A stretch of DNA of 64,000 nt from Mobula hypostoma (Eukaryota), in assembly GCF_963921235.1 (NCBI RefSeq), contig NC_086097.1:134294001-134358000 (forward strand), written 5' to 3'. The translations under genes and the position numbers were made by a program. This document shows, in pieces, positions 50,521-64,000 of the stretch (positions within the stretch are counted from its first letter, which is position 1; every line of letters starts with the position of its first letter). The notes beneath the pieces are model-generated. The model was not told where the DNA came from. It ran no database searches and was given only the letters and a program-made list of their open reading frames with translations.

Positions 50521-51281
50521 TGATAATGAATAGAAAAGTAGGCTTGAGGGTTAAATCCTGCTCAATTTCAGGGTGGTGTTATGGCTTTTGGATCATCTTC
50601 TTTCAGTTTTGGTGCTCTCCCATTTACTTTCCTACCACTGCGGTGGCAATACTTTCAACTGCTTGGCTTCTTAACACACCAGTTCCCAAACTAAAAGCCC
50701 TGCCTCCAATGCACCTTTAGGATGAGTCTTGGAACCTGCCTCAGCTGCCCTAATAGCTCATAATTCAGCTTGGCATCAAATGTAATCTGACTACACTCCT
50801 GCAATGCGCCTTGGGACACTGCCCTATATTAAAGGCATTTGCATTAGTCTAAATTGTTGAACTGCTATCTTCCAACACATGTCCTTCATAAAGACAAGAA
50901 AGGGAAGCACAGTAATATATTCACAGTGCCCCAAATGAATAAAAATGAAGCCAGTGATCTTCTTCCGAGAATTTCGAAAAGCCAAGCAGCTGCCTGATAA
51001 TCTCTCATGAACCATCCCCAAGGGTGCTAAATGTAGAACTGTGATAACTTGAGCTAATAAGAACAAATCTAAAGTGACAACAGCGCTTTCATTTGGAGCA
51101 GGCTTCGTGTTCAACAAGAGAACCGTCCAAATGTTTGCGTGTGAGTGCCGTTACTTGTTCTCAAAGCCAGAACACTTACTCATGAGAAGATGCTTTGTTT
51201 TTTTGATTAGTAGAGGTGTCAAGGCTTATGGCATCATGCAGCAGGTTGGAAATGAGGCCAATATCAGAAGAACCATGATCT

Positions 51282-51657
51282 TATTGGAAGCAACAAACAC
51301 AAAATACTGGAGGATCTCTGCAAGTAAGGCAGCATCTATGAAGAGAAATCAACAGTCGATGTTTTGGGCTGAAGCACTTCAGCCTCTTACCTCTTCCATC
51401 TATCCTCTCCCAGCTTTTTACTTCGTCCCAACGTCCCCACCCACCACCTTTCTGCTCACCTGGCTTCACTTATCACCTGCCAGGTTGTACTCCTTCCACT
51501 TCCTCACCTTCTTATTCTGGCTTCTTCCCCCCTTTTTTGAGACCTGAAACATTCACTGTTTATTCCTCTGAATAGATGCTGCCTGACCTGCTGAGTTCCT
51601 CCATCATTTAATGTGTGTTACTTTGGATTTCCAGCATCTGCGGCATCTCTTGTATTT
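51282..51657. mobile_element. Inverted Penelope pLTR pair
   Basis: Minus arm 51282-51380 and plus arm 51381-51657 with complementary ends. Confidence 0.75.
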
Positions 51658-52200
51658 ACTACTTTAATATGTACCAAGGTGCAGTGGAAAAATTTGCTTT
51701 GAATCCTATCCATACTGGTCATTTCCTTACAACAGTGTTTTAAGGTAGGATAAGACAAAAACAATAAAAGAATGTAGAACAAAACATTAAAGTTACAGAG
51801 AATATGCAGTTCAGACAGACAATAAAGTGCAAGGCTACGACAAGATAGATTCCAATATCAAGTGTCCATCTTTATCATACTAGGGCACTGTTCAATAGTC
51901 ATACAACAGTGAGACAGAAGCTGTCCTTGAGCCTGATGGCAGGTGCTTTCATACTTTTATATCTTCTGTCCAGTGGTGTGTGGGAGAGAAGAAGGCAGTC
52001 TAGGGTAGATGCAGTCTTTGATAATGATAGCTGCTTTTCTGAGAGTAGTGGATAAAGACTATGGAGGGGTGACAGGTTTCTGTGATTTGCTGAGCTATGT
52101 TCACAACCTTCTGCATTTCTTGTGTCTTGGGCAGAGCAGTTGCCATACCAAACTGTGATGCATCCAGATAGGATGCTTTCTTTGCTGTTTCGATAGATGT
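51658..52200 (-). mobile_element. Rex1/Babar LINE 3' portion
   Basis: ESILSGCITVWYGNCSAQD...RRYKSMKAPAIRLKDSF. Confidence 0.8.
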
Positions 52201-52235
52201 TATTCATCGTGGACCAGAATAGAGTGGCCAACTTA

Positions 52236-52746
52236 AGGCTGATTTATACTTGTGCGTCAGCTCGATGCCATAACCTACGCAAGTGACCTATGCGCATTGT
52301 GAGCATTTATACTTGTGCGTTGGTGTGTCTACGTCGCTCTGCAATTCGCGCACGTCACGTATGCACACACACCTGCCCGTACAAGGCTTCATTGTCATGG
52401 TAGTCTTTCTCGGGGTAAACAAGAATCGAGCGTCTTTTTTCGTAAAAGCGAAATGTGTCCTCCATAATTTCGGAGGTCTGTAAAGCTTTATGGAAAGAAT
52501 TGCAGCCAGAGTTCCTTCCCTGCCCTTCAGTCGCCCAATGGGAAGCTGTTGCAGCGTGGGAGGAAATGTGATGCTACCAAGTGGACCAATCACAGTTGCT
52601 GCGGTCTGCGTTGCCGCGACACGTAGTTACATTTTGGGAGAGGTGCGTGTCAGGCTCTGGCGTAGGGATCCGCGTCGGCTCTGCGTAGGGTTTGCGGTGA
52701 CGTAGTACTTACGGTGTCACATTGACGCAGAAGTATAAATCAGGCT
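52236..52746. mobile_element. PIF/Harbinger-type MITE, 511 bp
   Basis: 24-bp TIRs AGGCTGATTTATACTTGTGCGTCA / TGACGCAGAAGTATAAATCAGGCT (2 mismatches); TTA TSD at 52233-52235 and 52747-52749; no transposase ORF; CpG-rich. Confidence 0.9.
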
Positions 52747-53369
52747 TTAGGCTTCTGTTTTGCAGTGTTTATTTCTAAGTCAGTTGTGATGCTGTAAAGT
52801 GAAAAATTCTACTTCTTTGGGTATCAGGGATAGAGTGAACAATACTACAACAACAACCAATTGCAGCAAATTTGGAAACTGGACTCAGACTTGATTTCAG
52901 ATGTATCAAGAATATAAAGCTATTGTATTAGAACACTAATTTGAGGGAGAACAGTTATTGTTCACTCTCCTCTGACTAATATACCAAACTACTGAACCAG
53001 TACAATCTGATCTGCGAGGACTTCCTGTCATTCGAACAGTTCAAACATTGGTAATGAAGATATAATAATTATGGTAGACCATTCTGTTTGCCAGGCTCAA
53101 TCAGACAGACAACCAAAGACCAAGAGGATTAAACAAAAACAATTAATTGCACAGGTGAGGAGGTAGCAAACAGCATTAGAATGGCAGTTCTCTCACGGTT
53201 TATTCCAATGCAAAAAATAACAAATTTTAATAACACTTTAAATGGCGTCATACAAATTGCACCAGTCTAAAGGTTGCCTCAAAGTCACAAACTTGTGGGA
53301 ATCAGTTCCACTGAGATTAGAGTACAAAATTCTAGGCCAACATATCAGAATAGTACCGGGTTGGAGGTG

Positions 53370-53615
53370 TAGTCTTTTGTGAATGTTAAATCGAGGTCTT
53401 GCATTCCCTTTCAAGTGGATGTGAAGAATCCCCCAACCATATATCATTGAAATAGATTATTTGGTCAACATTTGCTTTGGGAGCTTGCTCTGTGGGAAAG
53501 TGGCTGCTATATTTCTTATAATGCAACAGTGATTATATTTCAGAAGTATTCATTGGCTGCAAAGTGGCTTTGGGATGTCCAGAGATATTGAGAGGCCTTA
53601 GAGAAACTCAAGTTT
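53370..53615 (+). mobile_element. Deu-SINE (SacSINE1-like) fragment
   Basis: 'gggagcttgct...tggctgct..atttc...aacagtga...gaagtattcattggctgcaaagt.gctttgggatgtcc'. Confidence 0.6.
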
Positions 53616-54369
53616 TAGTTTCTATACCAAAATCACAGCACTCACTGAAGTTTACTCTAATGATAGTTTTTAAAAATAACTTGCATACGATAGCACATTT
53701 ATAAATCCAATATAAATCTGATACGATTGATTGTTAATCTACAGCAAAGTCCACAACAATTTAAAAAATATGCTTCAACTGAATCACAAGGAGGGAGACC
53801 AAAGCACTTACCTGGCAATCTATTCCTACTTTTCCCCCGATAATTTATAGAGCAGATTTTTTCCCATCATTAAAATTTTATTCTCATCATGAGCATAACT
53901 ATTGAGAGCACATGATATCCGCACCACAACTTAGCACCCCTACAAAGCAAATCCTTGCCCTTTATTACTTAAATTGGTACTCAGAAACTGAATGATGGGT
54001 GTTTGGGATTTCTGCTAACCTGCTTGAGTGGCAATGAGACACTAATCCCACTGAAATATTGCCAAATGCTGTTTGTGCATAACTTGTTTGACCTAAGCAA
54101 TTTCTCCTCTACCTCCACCTTACTTATTCCCTCCCAGTCGATTGACAGTTCCAATTCCTTGGTGTGTGCTTCAACCTGGAAGGTGAGAAGGGAGACTAAC
54201 AGAGACTGAAGATTATTAATAACATCTGCACCATTGAAAGGCTGTACATCCAGGTTCCCAATCAGCCAAAAGGCAGAAAATGGATTTCTTCAATCCCTTT
54301 GAAAAAAAAACTAATGATTTCTTTAGAGGTACATAGTCCCAACTGCCTGATTTTTGGAAGCCCTGACAT

Positions 54370-54690
54370 AATGTTTCAATTGCTAGAAGAATAGCTAAAA
54401 ATGTAAACCTCTTCAGCTGGGGAATTTAAGTGCAATTAATTTAATAATCTGCATTATAAAATTAGTGTGGGCGTGAATCCAACAGGTTGTCGAAAGAAAA
54501 TAATGTTCACTAGTATTTTTTAAGAGAAGGATATTTACTCATCATCTAGTCAGGCTCCTAGGTGACCAGACTCTTAACTGCCCTCTAAACTGGTTGGGAA
54601 AGCCATCCATAATTCAAGGGCAACTAGAAATGGGCAGCAAGTGCCAGACTCTTAAACAATTCCCAGTTCTGAAGAACTAATAATAAGAAA
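54370..54690 (+). mobile_element. Old tRNA-derived SINE
   Basis: 'gactcttaactgccctct...ttcaagggcaactagaaatgggca'. Confidence 0.5.
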
Positions 54691-57080
54691 AGTTCCGCAC
54701 ACTTTGATTATCTGGTGCATTATTCCAAGAGAGCTCTGTGTTAACATATACTTCTCACTAAAGTTTAAGAAATGGCAATTTGAAGAAATTGCCATTGAAG
54801 AAATAGACCTTTGACTGGTGCCCCTCAGCACAACAATAAATCTGAATAGTGTGCATTTGTCAATGAGATCTTCTGCAATGTTGACATGACTCTACCTCTA
54901 CCATTGAATGAGACTAAACGCTGACTAGACAATACTGAACTAGTTTTGGCAAGTATGAATCCTAAGGAATGTGACATAAATGGCAGGACAACATGTGGTG
55001 TTACACAAAAATGTTTTCGTCAGAAAGGTTACACCTAAGTAATGACTAAATCTAAAAGTATGAATGCCAGATCCTCAGATTTTGGCAGTCTGGTCTTCTT
55101 TGAAACCTCCAGTGCAATATTTTCCCCTTTTTCACAGTCACAGTAATTTACCAACTGTTTTCCAATTTGAAACATATTTCTTTCACATTTAAATCATGCT
55201 TTCAAACCAAGTTATTAAAAGTGCTGGGCAATGTTTCAATGTTATGTTTTATTAGCTGCTGGTCTCTTTAAACGCATTCCCTCCTGCCGCTATGGTGCCC
55301 TGTTGGCATTCTGCCTGAAGTAACATTTACAGTTCTGGCCCCAGTTCCTGAGGAGGGACTACTAATCTTGATTCTAAGTGTTGTCTAACTCCTGTCCCTC
55401 AATGGTGCCCACAGTACAGTGGCGTCTGAAAGAGGCAGGTGTCAAAATGTAATGGGTTCACATGCTTGAGAGACAAAGTTCCAATTACGGTTGTTCAAGT
55501 ATCTGTCTGAACTATAGCACTGATCAACATCTGAGGAACTTGATTAAGTTGAGCAAGAAAACTTATGACAAATAATGAGGAGAACATGAGAAAGAAGCGG
55601 AAATGTAGATTAAGACATATCCATTAAGAGCTTTTATGCAGCGGAATGATAGCCTCTGAAGCAAAATATAAAGTATATATCAATAGCCTTGGCAATGATC
55701 ACAGTTATATTTTTAAACTGGCAATAGCCAGTGTATATAACTGCGTATAACCAGTGTAATACATCACTCTTGGCATATAATTGCAGAATTAAATTTTACC
55801 ACGTTTCACTTGATCTTTAAGTATATTTGTGCTTTACAATATTATTGTCTGCCCCGTTGGTTTGATGCGAAAGACGTCATGGCACCATTTTAAATGTGTT
55901 TGAAATGGAGGGGAGGGGTAATGGTGGTAGGGTAGGGATGGGAGGAATTGGTCCCCCCGTGCTCTGTCTATTATTTATTTTTCAACCAATAGGACTAGAA
56001 CAGTGTATCTGGTGGCAATCAAACCAATAGTGGGAACTTGCTTTGTGAAAATTGGTTGCAGAGTTCCCTCTAAATGTAACTACACAGTAGCGCTCATAAA
56101 TGGGATTAAAATGGATAGGTACTCGGTGGTCAGCATGGACGTAGTGGAGTGAAAGGCCTGTTTCTATGCTGTGTATAACTTCAGAAGCACCTCTTTTTTG
56201 GTGGAAATGTAGAGGAGCTGCTGTTGAAGAAACATGCTTTTTACATGGTACACAGTACAGCAATGGTGTATGAGTGGTGCAGTTATATAATATTTGCACT
56301 TGTCCAGGCATTGCAGAGTATTGGATTATATTCCTATATGTGTAATGTGGGCAAAGATTAGGCCAGAGATTCAAGGTTACATTAAGTACAATGGGAAGTT
56401 TGTTAAATACTCTGTAACAGACATAAGTGAGACAGAACCCACTAGAATCTAGGGCAGGCTTCCCTGCATTGCTACTTGGAAATGCTGAAGCTCACACTTA
56501 ATGCCATTAGGAATCAATAAGGAGTCTGGAGCTGGAGCACCTTGGATCTATGGATCTCTGACACAGGTTTTCAGACATATTTCCATAGGAGGCTCAAATT
56601 TCCTCACAGGACTTCTGGCTTTTCAGCAGCAGGTTCAGGAGAGCATCATACACTGTTTGCTGCTTTTATTTCAGGTTTCCTACATCCTTGATATTTTGCT
56701 TTCAAGTTAACGTATATTCCTCCAGCTACTTTAATCTCTTTATCCATCTCTTAAAATACTTTCTGTGCTTAAAGTTTCTTTATTGAAGGCAACATAAACC
56801 AGGGAACACCAATTGAGTTTTGGGCATGAGACTTTTGCAATAAGACCCCATAGAAACCCTGGTACATGAACGTTGTGGAGAAACCAACAAGAAAGGTTCA
56901 AATAATTCCACCATAAGCCACTTATCAGCAAAACATTAGAAGGGCAAGAGCAGAATATTATCCCAATCTTTGCAAGGTCTGTGAGAGCTCCAAGGATATA
57001 TAAAGTTAATTCCATCATTATCTTGATCAACAACCTGCATTGTTTGTGTCATATTTGGCAGAGAAACGCAGTTATCATAC

Positions 57081-57170
57081 CTGGAGGGTTGGTCTATTCA
57101 AGTTTGTTGAATGAAGGCTATCCACTATAATTGTACAAGTAGCTGGTGTTTTATTGCACTCTGTGATGCA
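57081..57170 (-). CDS. Candidate 90-nt phase 0-0 exon (CITECNKTPATCTIIVDSLHSTNLNRPTLQ)
   Basis: Minus strand cttgtcaattccag|...CAG|gtatga, open frame. Not recognised. Confidence 0.15.
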
Positions 57171-58619
57171 CTGGAATTGACAAGACATTCTATCCTTCAT
57201 GGGAAACAAAATATATTTCATGTGTTTTACATTGCTTTTACAAATGCAATAGTCTCCTGATTGTCACAAGAAATATAGTCTACCACTAATCTGCTAACCT
57301 TCCTCTGCTTCGCATCTTGGGTACATCATGTGACTGAATCCCCAATACATCAAATACTAAATATCCTCATAATCAACATTCAACTTTTCTCCTTCATTAT
57401 CAGACCTGAAAATTTCATTGCTAAAAAAAAATTCCCTCCGTTACCTCACCCTTCTTATGTCTAATCCCCACCAGGCCCATAATCTTAAAATATCCATTCT
57501 CCTCCGAACCTGGTCTCTGTGAATTCCTGATACTATCCTAAACATAAACTGTTTTAGCTGCTTCCATCTGGCAAACACTACTGCAGCATAAAAGCCAGGA
57601 CCAACAGGCTATGGGACAGCTTCTTTCTACAAGCCATTAGACTTAAATTCATATGTCTGTGCACTGCAACAGAGCCATAACACAAAAATTTTTACTCCCT
57701 CACATTGTGGGATGGATATAAGATTTAAAATAAATTCTAGATTTAAATAAATTCCATCTTAAGATAAGAAAAATACTCAACATCCTTCCAATGCTCAAAA
57801 TTCCCCCAAAGTTTTCTGCTGCCTGACCTTAATCCTAAACCCAACCCTCTCTGCAACCTTCTCATTTGCTTTAAAATGCACCTGAAGTCTTTTCTCACTT
57901 TGACCAAAGTTTGGATCATTTGTCCAAACTTCTTATTAATCCAAATCATCCAAACCACAATCCCGTGATTACGGGATGTTTGCTCGTACTAAGTTTTTGT
58001 GTTGATGCTTAGAAATAAAGGGGTCCTTTGTTAAATGCCGAAACACTGACTTCCCTCCACCAGCAAATTAGCAAATCTTGTCAGACTTCTGGGAGCTTAT
58101 CTTCCCAGCCCATGTGTCAGAGGGCAACTTCCTCTTTCAGCAACTCCAGCTCCACTTGGATCACTGAGTGAAAGGTGTCTGAGTGAGGCAGTCTCCAAGC
58201 TTCATCTTGTCTCACCTGAATTTCCAACACTCAGTGGGAAACAAGGTAAAACAAGGGTGAGTGTTGGGCAAAGGAGGTGCCCAAGAAGGTGCAGTAAGAA
58301 CACTGATACATTTTAAAAATAGAACAAAAGAAGATCGCAAAATTATTTATTTTTAATATTTCTTAAATATTCCCTTACTCCCAGGTGACTGATGTGGAAA
58401 CTTTTCGTACCTGAAATTTATTTGAGTTCAGGTGGGAACAAAGCAAGGAAATATTACCAAGAGTTCCCACAGCAACCGCGTGAGTGCATCATCACTGCAC
58501 GCAGCATCTCCCATGTGCTAATGGCTGCTAAGTGGCTCAGAGTTCACCAGGAAGCCAAGCCTATCAAACCAAATCAGAAACTTGGTTCACTGTATACCTC
58601 CAGGCACATTAGACTGGCT

Positions 58620-60005
58620 AGGAGTCAATATTGTCACTATTCAAGAAATAGGAGTAATCCTAGGAACTATGGACAGGTGAGTCTCCAGTCAGTGGTAGGG
58701 AAGTTAATGAAAAGGATTCTTAGAGATTGGAGTTATGAGTATTTTAAAAAAACATGGCATAATTAGAGACAGTCAGCTTGGCTTTATGTGAAGCAAGTTG
58801 TGTCTTACTAACATGACTGAGCTTTTCAAAGAAGTGACGGATGGAAGATCTGAAGATGTTGTCTATGTGGATTTTAGTAGGGCATTTGACAAGGCCACCC
58901 ATGGGAGGCTCATCCAGAAGGTTAGTTTTGTGGGATCCATAGTGAATTTACTGTTTTGATTTAGAATTGACTTGCCCATCCAAGACAGAGAGTAGTAGTC
59001 GATGGGACTTATTCTGGCTGAAGGTCTGTGATTAGCGGCATTCTGCAGAGATCTGTACAGGGATCTCTTCTGTTTGTGGTATAAATAAATGACCTGCATG
59101 AACATGTACATGAGTGGGTTAGTAAGCTTGCAGGTCATATGGCGATTCACGTTGCTGCAGATAACATAGAATTCTGGCAAAAAATACAGTGGGATGTAGA
59201 TCAGTTGCAGATATGGGCAAAGAAATAGCAGATGAAATTTAATCAGGCAAAATGTGAAGCTTTGTACTTTGGGCAATTAAATGTATAGTATACTGTTAAC
59301 AGCAGGACCCTTAACACTGTTGACGTGCAAATAGATATTGGGATCCAAGTTCATAGTTCGATGAAAGTGTCTACACAGATTGGTAGGGAGGCAAAGAAGG
59401 CATGTTGAAGAACTGAGTTTAAGAGTTGGGAAGTTATGTTGCTGCTTTATAAAACTTGAGATAGACAACATTTGAAGTATTGCATTCAGTCTGGTTGCCC
59501 CATTAGAAGAAAGATGTGGAGGCTTTGGAAAGGGTGCCAAGGAGGTTTATAAGGATATTACCTGGATTAGAGAGCATGTGGGATGAGGAGAGGTCAAACA
59601 AACTTGGGTTGTTTTTCATGGAGTGGCAGAAACTGAGGAGATCAGTTCGAGGTTTAAAAGATTATGAGAGGCATAGTTAGAGCAGAGCGCAGGTAGCATT
59701 TTCCCAGGTTGAAATGTCTCACATCACAGGGCATGCATTTAAGATGAGTTCAAAGATGATGTGTGGGGGAACATTTTTTATACAAAGTGGTGGGTTCCTG
59801 GAATGTACTGCCTTGGGTGGTGGTGGAGACAAATAAGATAGAGGCTTTCAAGTGGCTCTCATATAGGCACATGAATGTGCAGGGAATGTAAAAATATGGA
59901 CATTGTGTAAAGAGAACAAATTTATTTAGTTAGGCATTTGGTTACTAATTTAATTAGTTCAGTCCACCATTGTGGGCTGAAGGGCCTGGTCCCACTTTCT
60001 ATGTT
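58620..60005 (+). mobile_element. 5'-truncated CR1 LINE
   Basis: NPRNYGQVSLQSVVGKLMKRILRD; YVDFSRAFDK; 3' UTR 'gggctgaagggcctg'. Confidence 0.92.
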
Positions 60006-60729
60006 TTACAGCCTAACATTACTGAATTGTACTAGAGCAGTATAATTAATTTCCATGAGTGGAGGTCATTTGGGATATTTTTCACCACACCCCTGACATT
60101 TGCAGCAGCATCCACCACAGATATCACACACTTTAAATATCAGCTCAAATATCAGTCATATATTATCGAGAGATCAAAGTGCAGTCTGTAAATTACACAT
60201 CTTATTGCCTTTGGATAGGCATTAGTATTGAACCATAATCATTCTGCCTGGCGTGTCCACACCAGCCAATAAACAGAGCTATTTAAGCCGAACCCACTTC
60301 CCAATCTATAATACTAGAGGTTACAGCATATCAACTGCACAATTTTGAGTGTCTTATGGTTTCTGCTTCCTCCACTCATCAGGCAACAAATTCTTGACAC
60401 CATCAATCTTTGCATTTTAAAAATTCTTCAACATCCTATCAAACCCTATTACCAGTTATCTTCTATCCATGCTCCTCAATTACTGATTTTCTTGCTATTG
60501 TTAGGCATTCAGAAATACTGGCGCATTTCCAGGCATCTGTGCATTGCAAATTGTAATGTGATAATGATCAGATAATTTATTTTGGTGTTATTGGTTGAAG
60601 GATAAATATTGGCCAGCATACAAGTATTAAAAGCCATAGTTTTTCTTTAAAATAGTGGGATCTTTTATGCCCACCCAAGAGAGCAGATGAAGATTTGTCT
60701 TTTAGATGACACATTAAACCAAGGTCACC

Positions 60730-63700
60730 AGAAGAAGTAAGAGTAGGTTACCAGGCCTCCCAAGCCTGACCTACCATTCAATATGATCTTGGATGATCTA
60801 TGCTGGCCTCAGGTCATTTTTGTGTCATTTCCATATAATGCAGGATTCCTAGTTCTTTGAAATTTGTATCCATCTCCACACTAAGTATATTTCAGAATCT
60901 GGCCTCCATCACCCTTGTGGGAAGAGAATTCCAGAGATTCACTACATTATGAAAGAAAGAAAATGACATGGATCTCAGTTTCAATTGACAGCCCTTTATT
61001 TTGTAGCTATGAGCCTTGTTCATAACTCTCCCACAAGTGAAAACATTTCAACATCTGTCAAGCTTCCTTAATATCTTATATGTTTAATAGGGTCACCTTT
61101 CATTATTCTAAGCTCTAAGGAATAGAAACCTAAACTGTTTAGCCTGTCTTGATAAGGCAACCATCTCTGGTGAATCTCCTTTTGAATGCCTCCTTTTTAG
61201 GTAGGGGAAACAAAATCATTTAAATATTACAGTTGTGATCTCACCAAAACTCCGTACAAGTGTAACAAAAGCTCCTGATTCTTAAACTCCAGCCCTTTTG
61301 CAATAAAAGGCCATATCATTTGTTTTCTTAACTACTTGTTGGACCTGCCAGATATCCTTTTGTGATTCATACATTAAAACAGCTATATCTCTCTGAACTT
61401 CACTCAATTGTAACTTCCCTCCATTTAAATAATCTGCCTTTAAATCCCCTTGCCAAAGTCCATGCATTTCCCCCCATTAAACTCCATTTGTCTACACTGG
61501 GTGAAAACTTCCCTGAAGGTTCTCACCTAATCATTTGATCAATCTATCGATTGATCATTACAGAATCACAATATCCCTTCCCACCTATTTTTTGGATCAT
61601 CAGCAAATTTGGAAACCTTATATTTTGTTCCCTTTACAAGGTCAATAAGACCGTTAGACATAGGAGTAGCATTAGGCTATTCGGCCCATCGAGTCTGCTC
61701 CACTATTTGATTACGGCTGATTTATTTTCCATCTCAACCCCATGCAAGGTAACCTTGATGCCTTTCTCAAGGTAACTTTGATGCCCTTACTTATCAAGAG
61801 CCTGTAAACTTCCACTTTTAATATAACTTATGACTTGGCCCCAACAGCTGTCTGTGGCAATGAATTCCAGATTCATCACCCACTTGCTAAAGAAATTCCT
61901 CCTCATCTCGGTTCTAAAGGGACATCCTACTACTCTGAGGCTGTACCCTATGGCTCTAGACTCTCCCACTACTGGAAAAATCCTGTCCAATACACTGCAT
62001 CAGAGCCTTCCAATATTCAGTGATTTTCATTGAAATACCAACCCTCCCCTGCATTCTTCTGAACTCCCATGAATACAGTCCAGAGCCATCAAACACTCAT
62101 TATCCATTAACCTTTACAATCCTGCAGTCATTCTTGTGAGCCTTCTCCAAACCCTCTCCCATACTAGCACACCTTTTCTTAGATATGGGGCACTAAATTT
62201 GTCGCAACATGCCAAATACGGTCTTAACAATGCCTTATTAAGCCTCAGCATCATATCCTTATGTAAATGTAAGTAGGAGTCCACGTTACATTCCTCCTGT
62301 CTGTAAAGGATCTTTTGTTCCAAATCTCTGCTTTCTATGTGTTAATGAGTTTTCAATCCATGCTAACACACTTCCTCCAAGACCCGTCAATTTTCCCTGT
62401 CAAATTGAGAAAATTTGTGAAACATGATTTACCTTTCAAAAAACCATGATGACTCTGATTGTATGTAGCTTTCTTAAATGATTAATTACCTCCTGTTCCA
62501 TTATTGACTTGAGTGCCTTGCCAACAACAGATGATAAGCTTACTGGCCTATATTTATCCAACTTCTGTCTTCCTTTTTGGACACAGGAGTCATGATCCAA
62601 TTTTCTTGCACAAATCTTCATGTATTTTTCTGGATTTCAGTGAGTTTTGAAAACAAAACAATGAATCCACTATCTCTGCAACCATATTCTTTAAAACCCC
62701 TGGATGGAGGCCATCGTATCCCGGTGATTCATCTACCTTTGAACCCTTGTGATTGAGACTTTTGCAGGTTCATCCCTGTTATTTGAAATTAGCCCATTTG
62801 TTATATTTCCAGTGACTTTCATAGTAAAAACCGATGCAAAAAATAGTTTAATATATCAGTAATTTATTTTTGTCTTCTGCTATTAATTCATCAGTCTCAT
62901 TCGCTAGGAGTCCCACACCAACTTTCCCTCCTTCTTATTATTTATATCCATAGAAACTCTTACAGCTTGTTTTTATTAGATTTAAATTTCCTCTCAAAAT
63001 TAATATTCTCTTCTTAAGAGCTGTTTAGTCTTTCATTGCTAGATCCTAAAAGGTTCCCACTCCTCTGGCCTACCACCAGTCCTTGCCACTTTGTCTGCGC
63101 AGTTTTTCAATGTAAACGTCAACGTCCTTTGTTAACCACAGGTTGTGTTTCTTTCCCATGGAATTCCTCTTACTATTTGGAATAAATTCCTGCCTAGTGT
63201 GATGGATCAGCTATTTGAATATCAACCACTGTTAATCTATTAACCTGTCTCATAATTTATTTTCCCATTCCACCTCAGACAACTTATACCATTATAATTG
63301 CTGTAACTTAAGTTGTAGTCAGTGATTTTGGTCCTGTGGTGTTCAACCTCAAAGTGCACCCAGAATTCTATCTGATTGTGGTCACTACTTCCCCTGGGAT
63401 CTCGAACCACAAGGTCTCTTATTAATCCTTCCTTGTTATTCATGACCAAATCCACAATATATGTTCTCAGCTAAGTTCCATAACTTACTGTTTTAAGAAG
63501 CATTGCTTGATACATCCCACAAACTCTTCTTCTACAATACCTTTGCCAGTTTGGTTTGTCCAATCCATATGAAGATTAAAATCTTCCATGACAATTGTAA
63601 TTCATGTTCTAGGTAGTCCCTCATATATGTCATCCTGTTGAGATATCATGGTTTGTCGGCTTATACATGGCTCACCTCTTTGTCTTCCTTTTCCTGCTAT

Positions 63701-64000
63701 TCATGACTCCAACCCTAAAACCATTCTTCATTACTATTCATTGCCTCTATATCATGACTCAACTCCATTCTGATACTTCCCTTGATTAACAACACTAACC
63801 TGCCTCTTTTCACTTTTCACCTGTTCTTTTGGAACATTGGATAACCTAAATTATTGAACACCTAGTCCTAGTTACCTTGTCACTGGGTCTCTGTACCTCT
63901 ATTAATCACACTCTTATTTTACCATCTGTGCTGCCAACTCATCTACCTTATTGTAATACTACATGCATTTTAATAAAGACCATTCAGATTTGATTTTTAT
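60730..64000 (-). mobile_element. Long degenerate CR1 LINE including the endonuclease domain; probably continues beyond the window
   Basis: DLVMNNKEGLIRDLVVRDPRGSSDHNQIEF; YRPVSLSSVVGKALKSI; YLNGGKLQLSEVQRDIAVL. Confidence 0.88.
61643..62260 (-). mobile_element. Younger CR1 3' fragment nested within the older CR1
   Basis: A second 3' UTR and ORF2 end (MLRLNKALLRPYL...; FRTEMRRNFFSKWV) interrupts the RT of the host copy. Confidence 0.8.

Noticed and set aside
53806..53818. ACTTACCTGGCA resembling the U1 snRNA 5' end (similar at 23777-23787)
   Set aside because: No further U1 sequence follows. It is simply a consensus donor on the minus strand, and the frames upstream of the 53.8-kb donor contain stops.

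Overview
Vertebrate nuclear DNA, AT-rich and repeat-dense. The repeat families (CR1 LINEs, Rex1/Babar LINEs, Penelope-like elements, V-SINE/HE1-like and Deu-domain SacSINE1-like SINEs) point to a cartilaginous fish, probably a ray; this is inferred from recalled repeat consensus sequences, not from a search. No intact or recognisable host protein-coding gene is visible. The ORFs that resemble real proteins are broken retroelement fragments, so the window is most likely intronic or intergenic. A few splice-site-bounded candidate exons are given at low confidence. The most notable signals: (1) many Penelope-associated minimal hammerhead ribozyme motifs from two families, some with intact cores and a palindromic stem III; (2) a nested fold-back Penelope insertion with a 15-bp target-site duplication (TSD); (3) a three-level SINE>CR1>Rex1 nest; (4) a young CpG-rich PIF/Harbinger-type MITE; (5) an exact 19-bp direct repeat carrying TCF/LEF and E-box motifs; (6) a repeat-poor 16-19 kb block with enhancer-like motifs; (7) a 33-nt microexon candidate. 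Repeat boundaries are approximate unless a TSD or terminal inverted repeat (TIR) is quoted.
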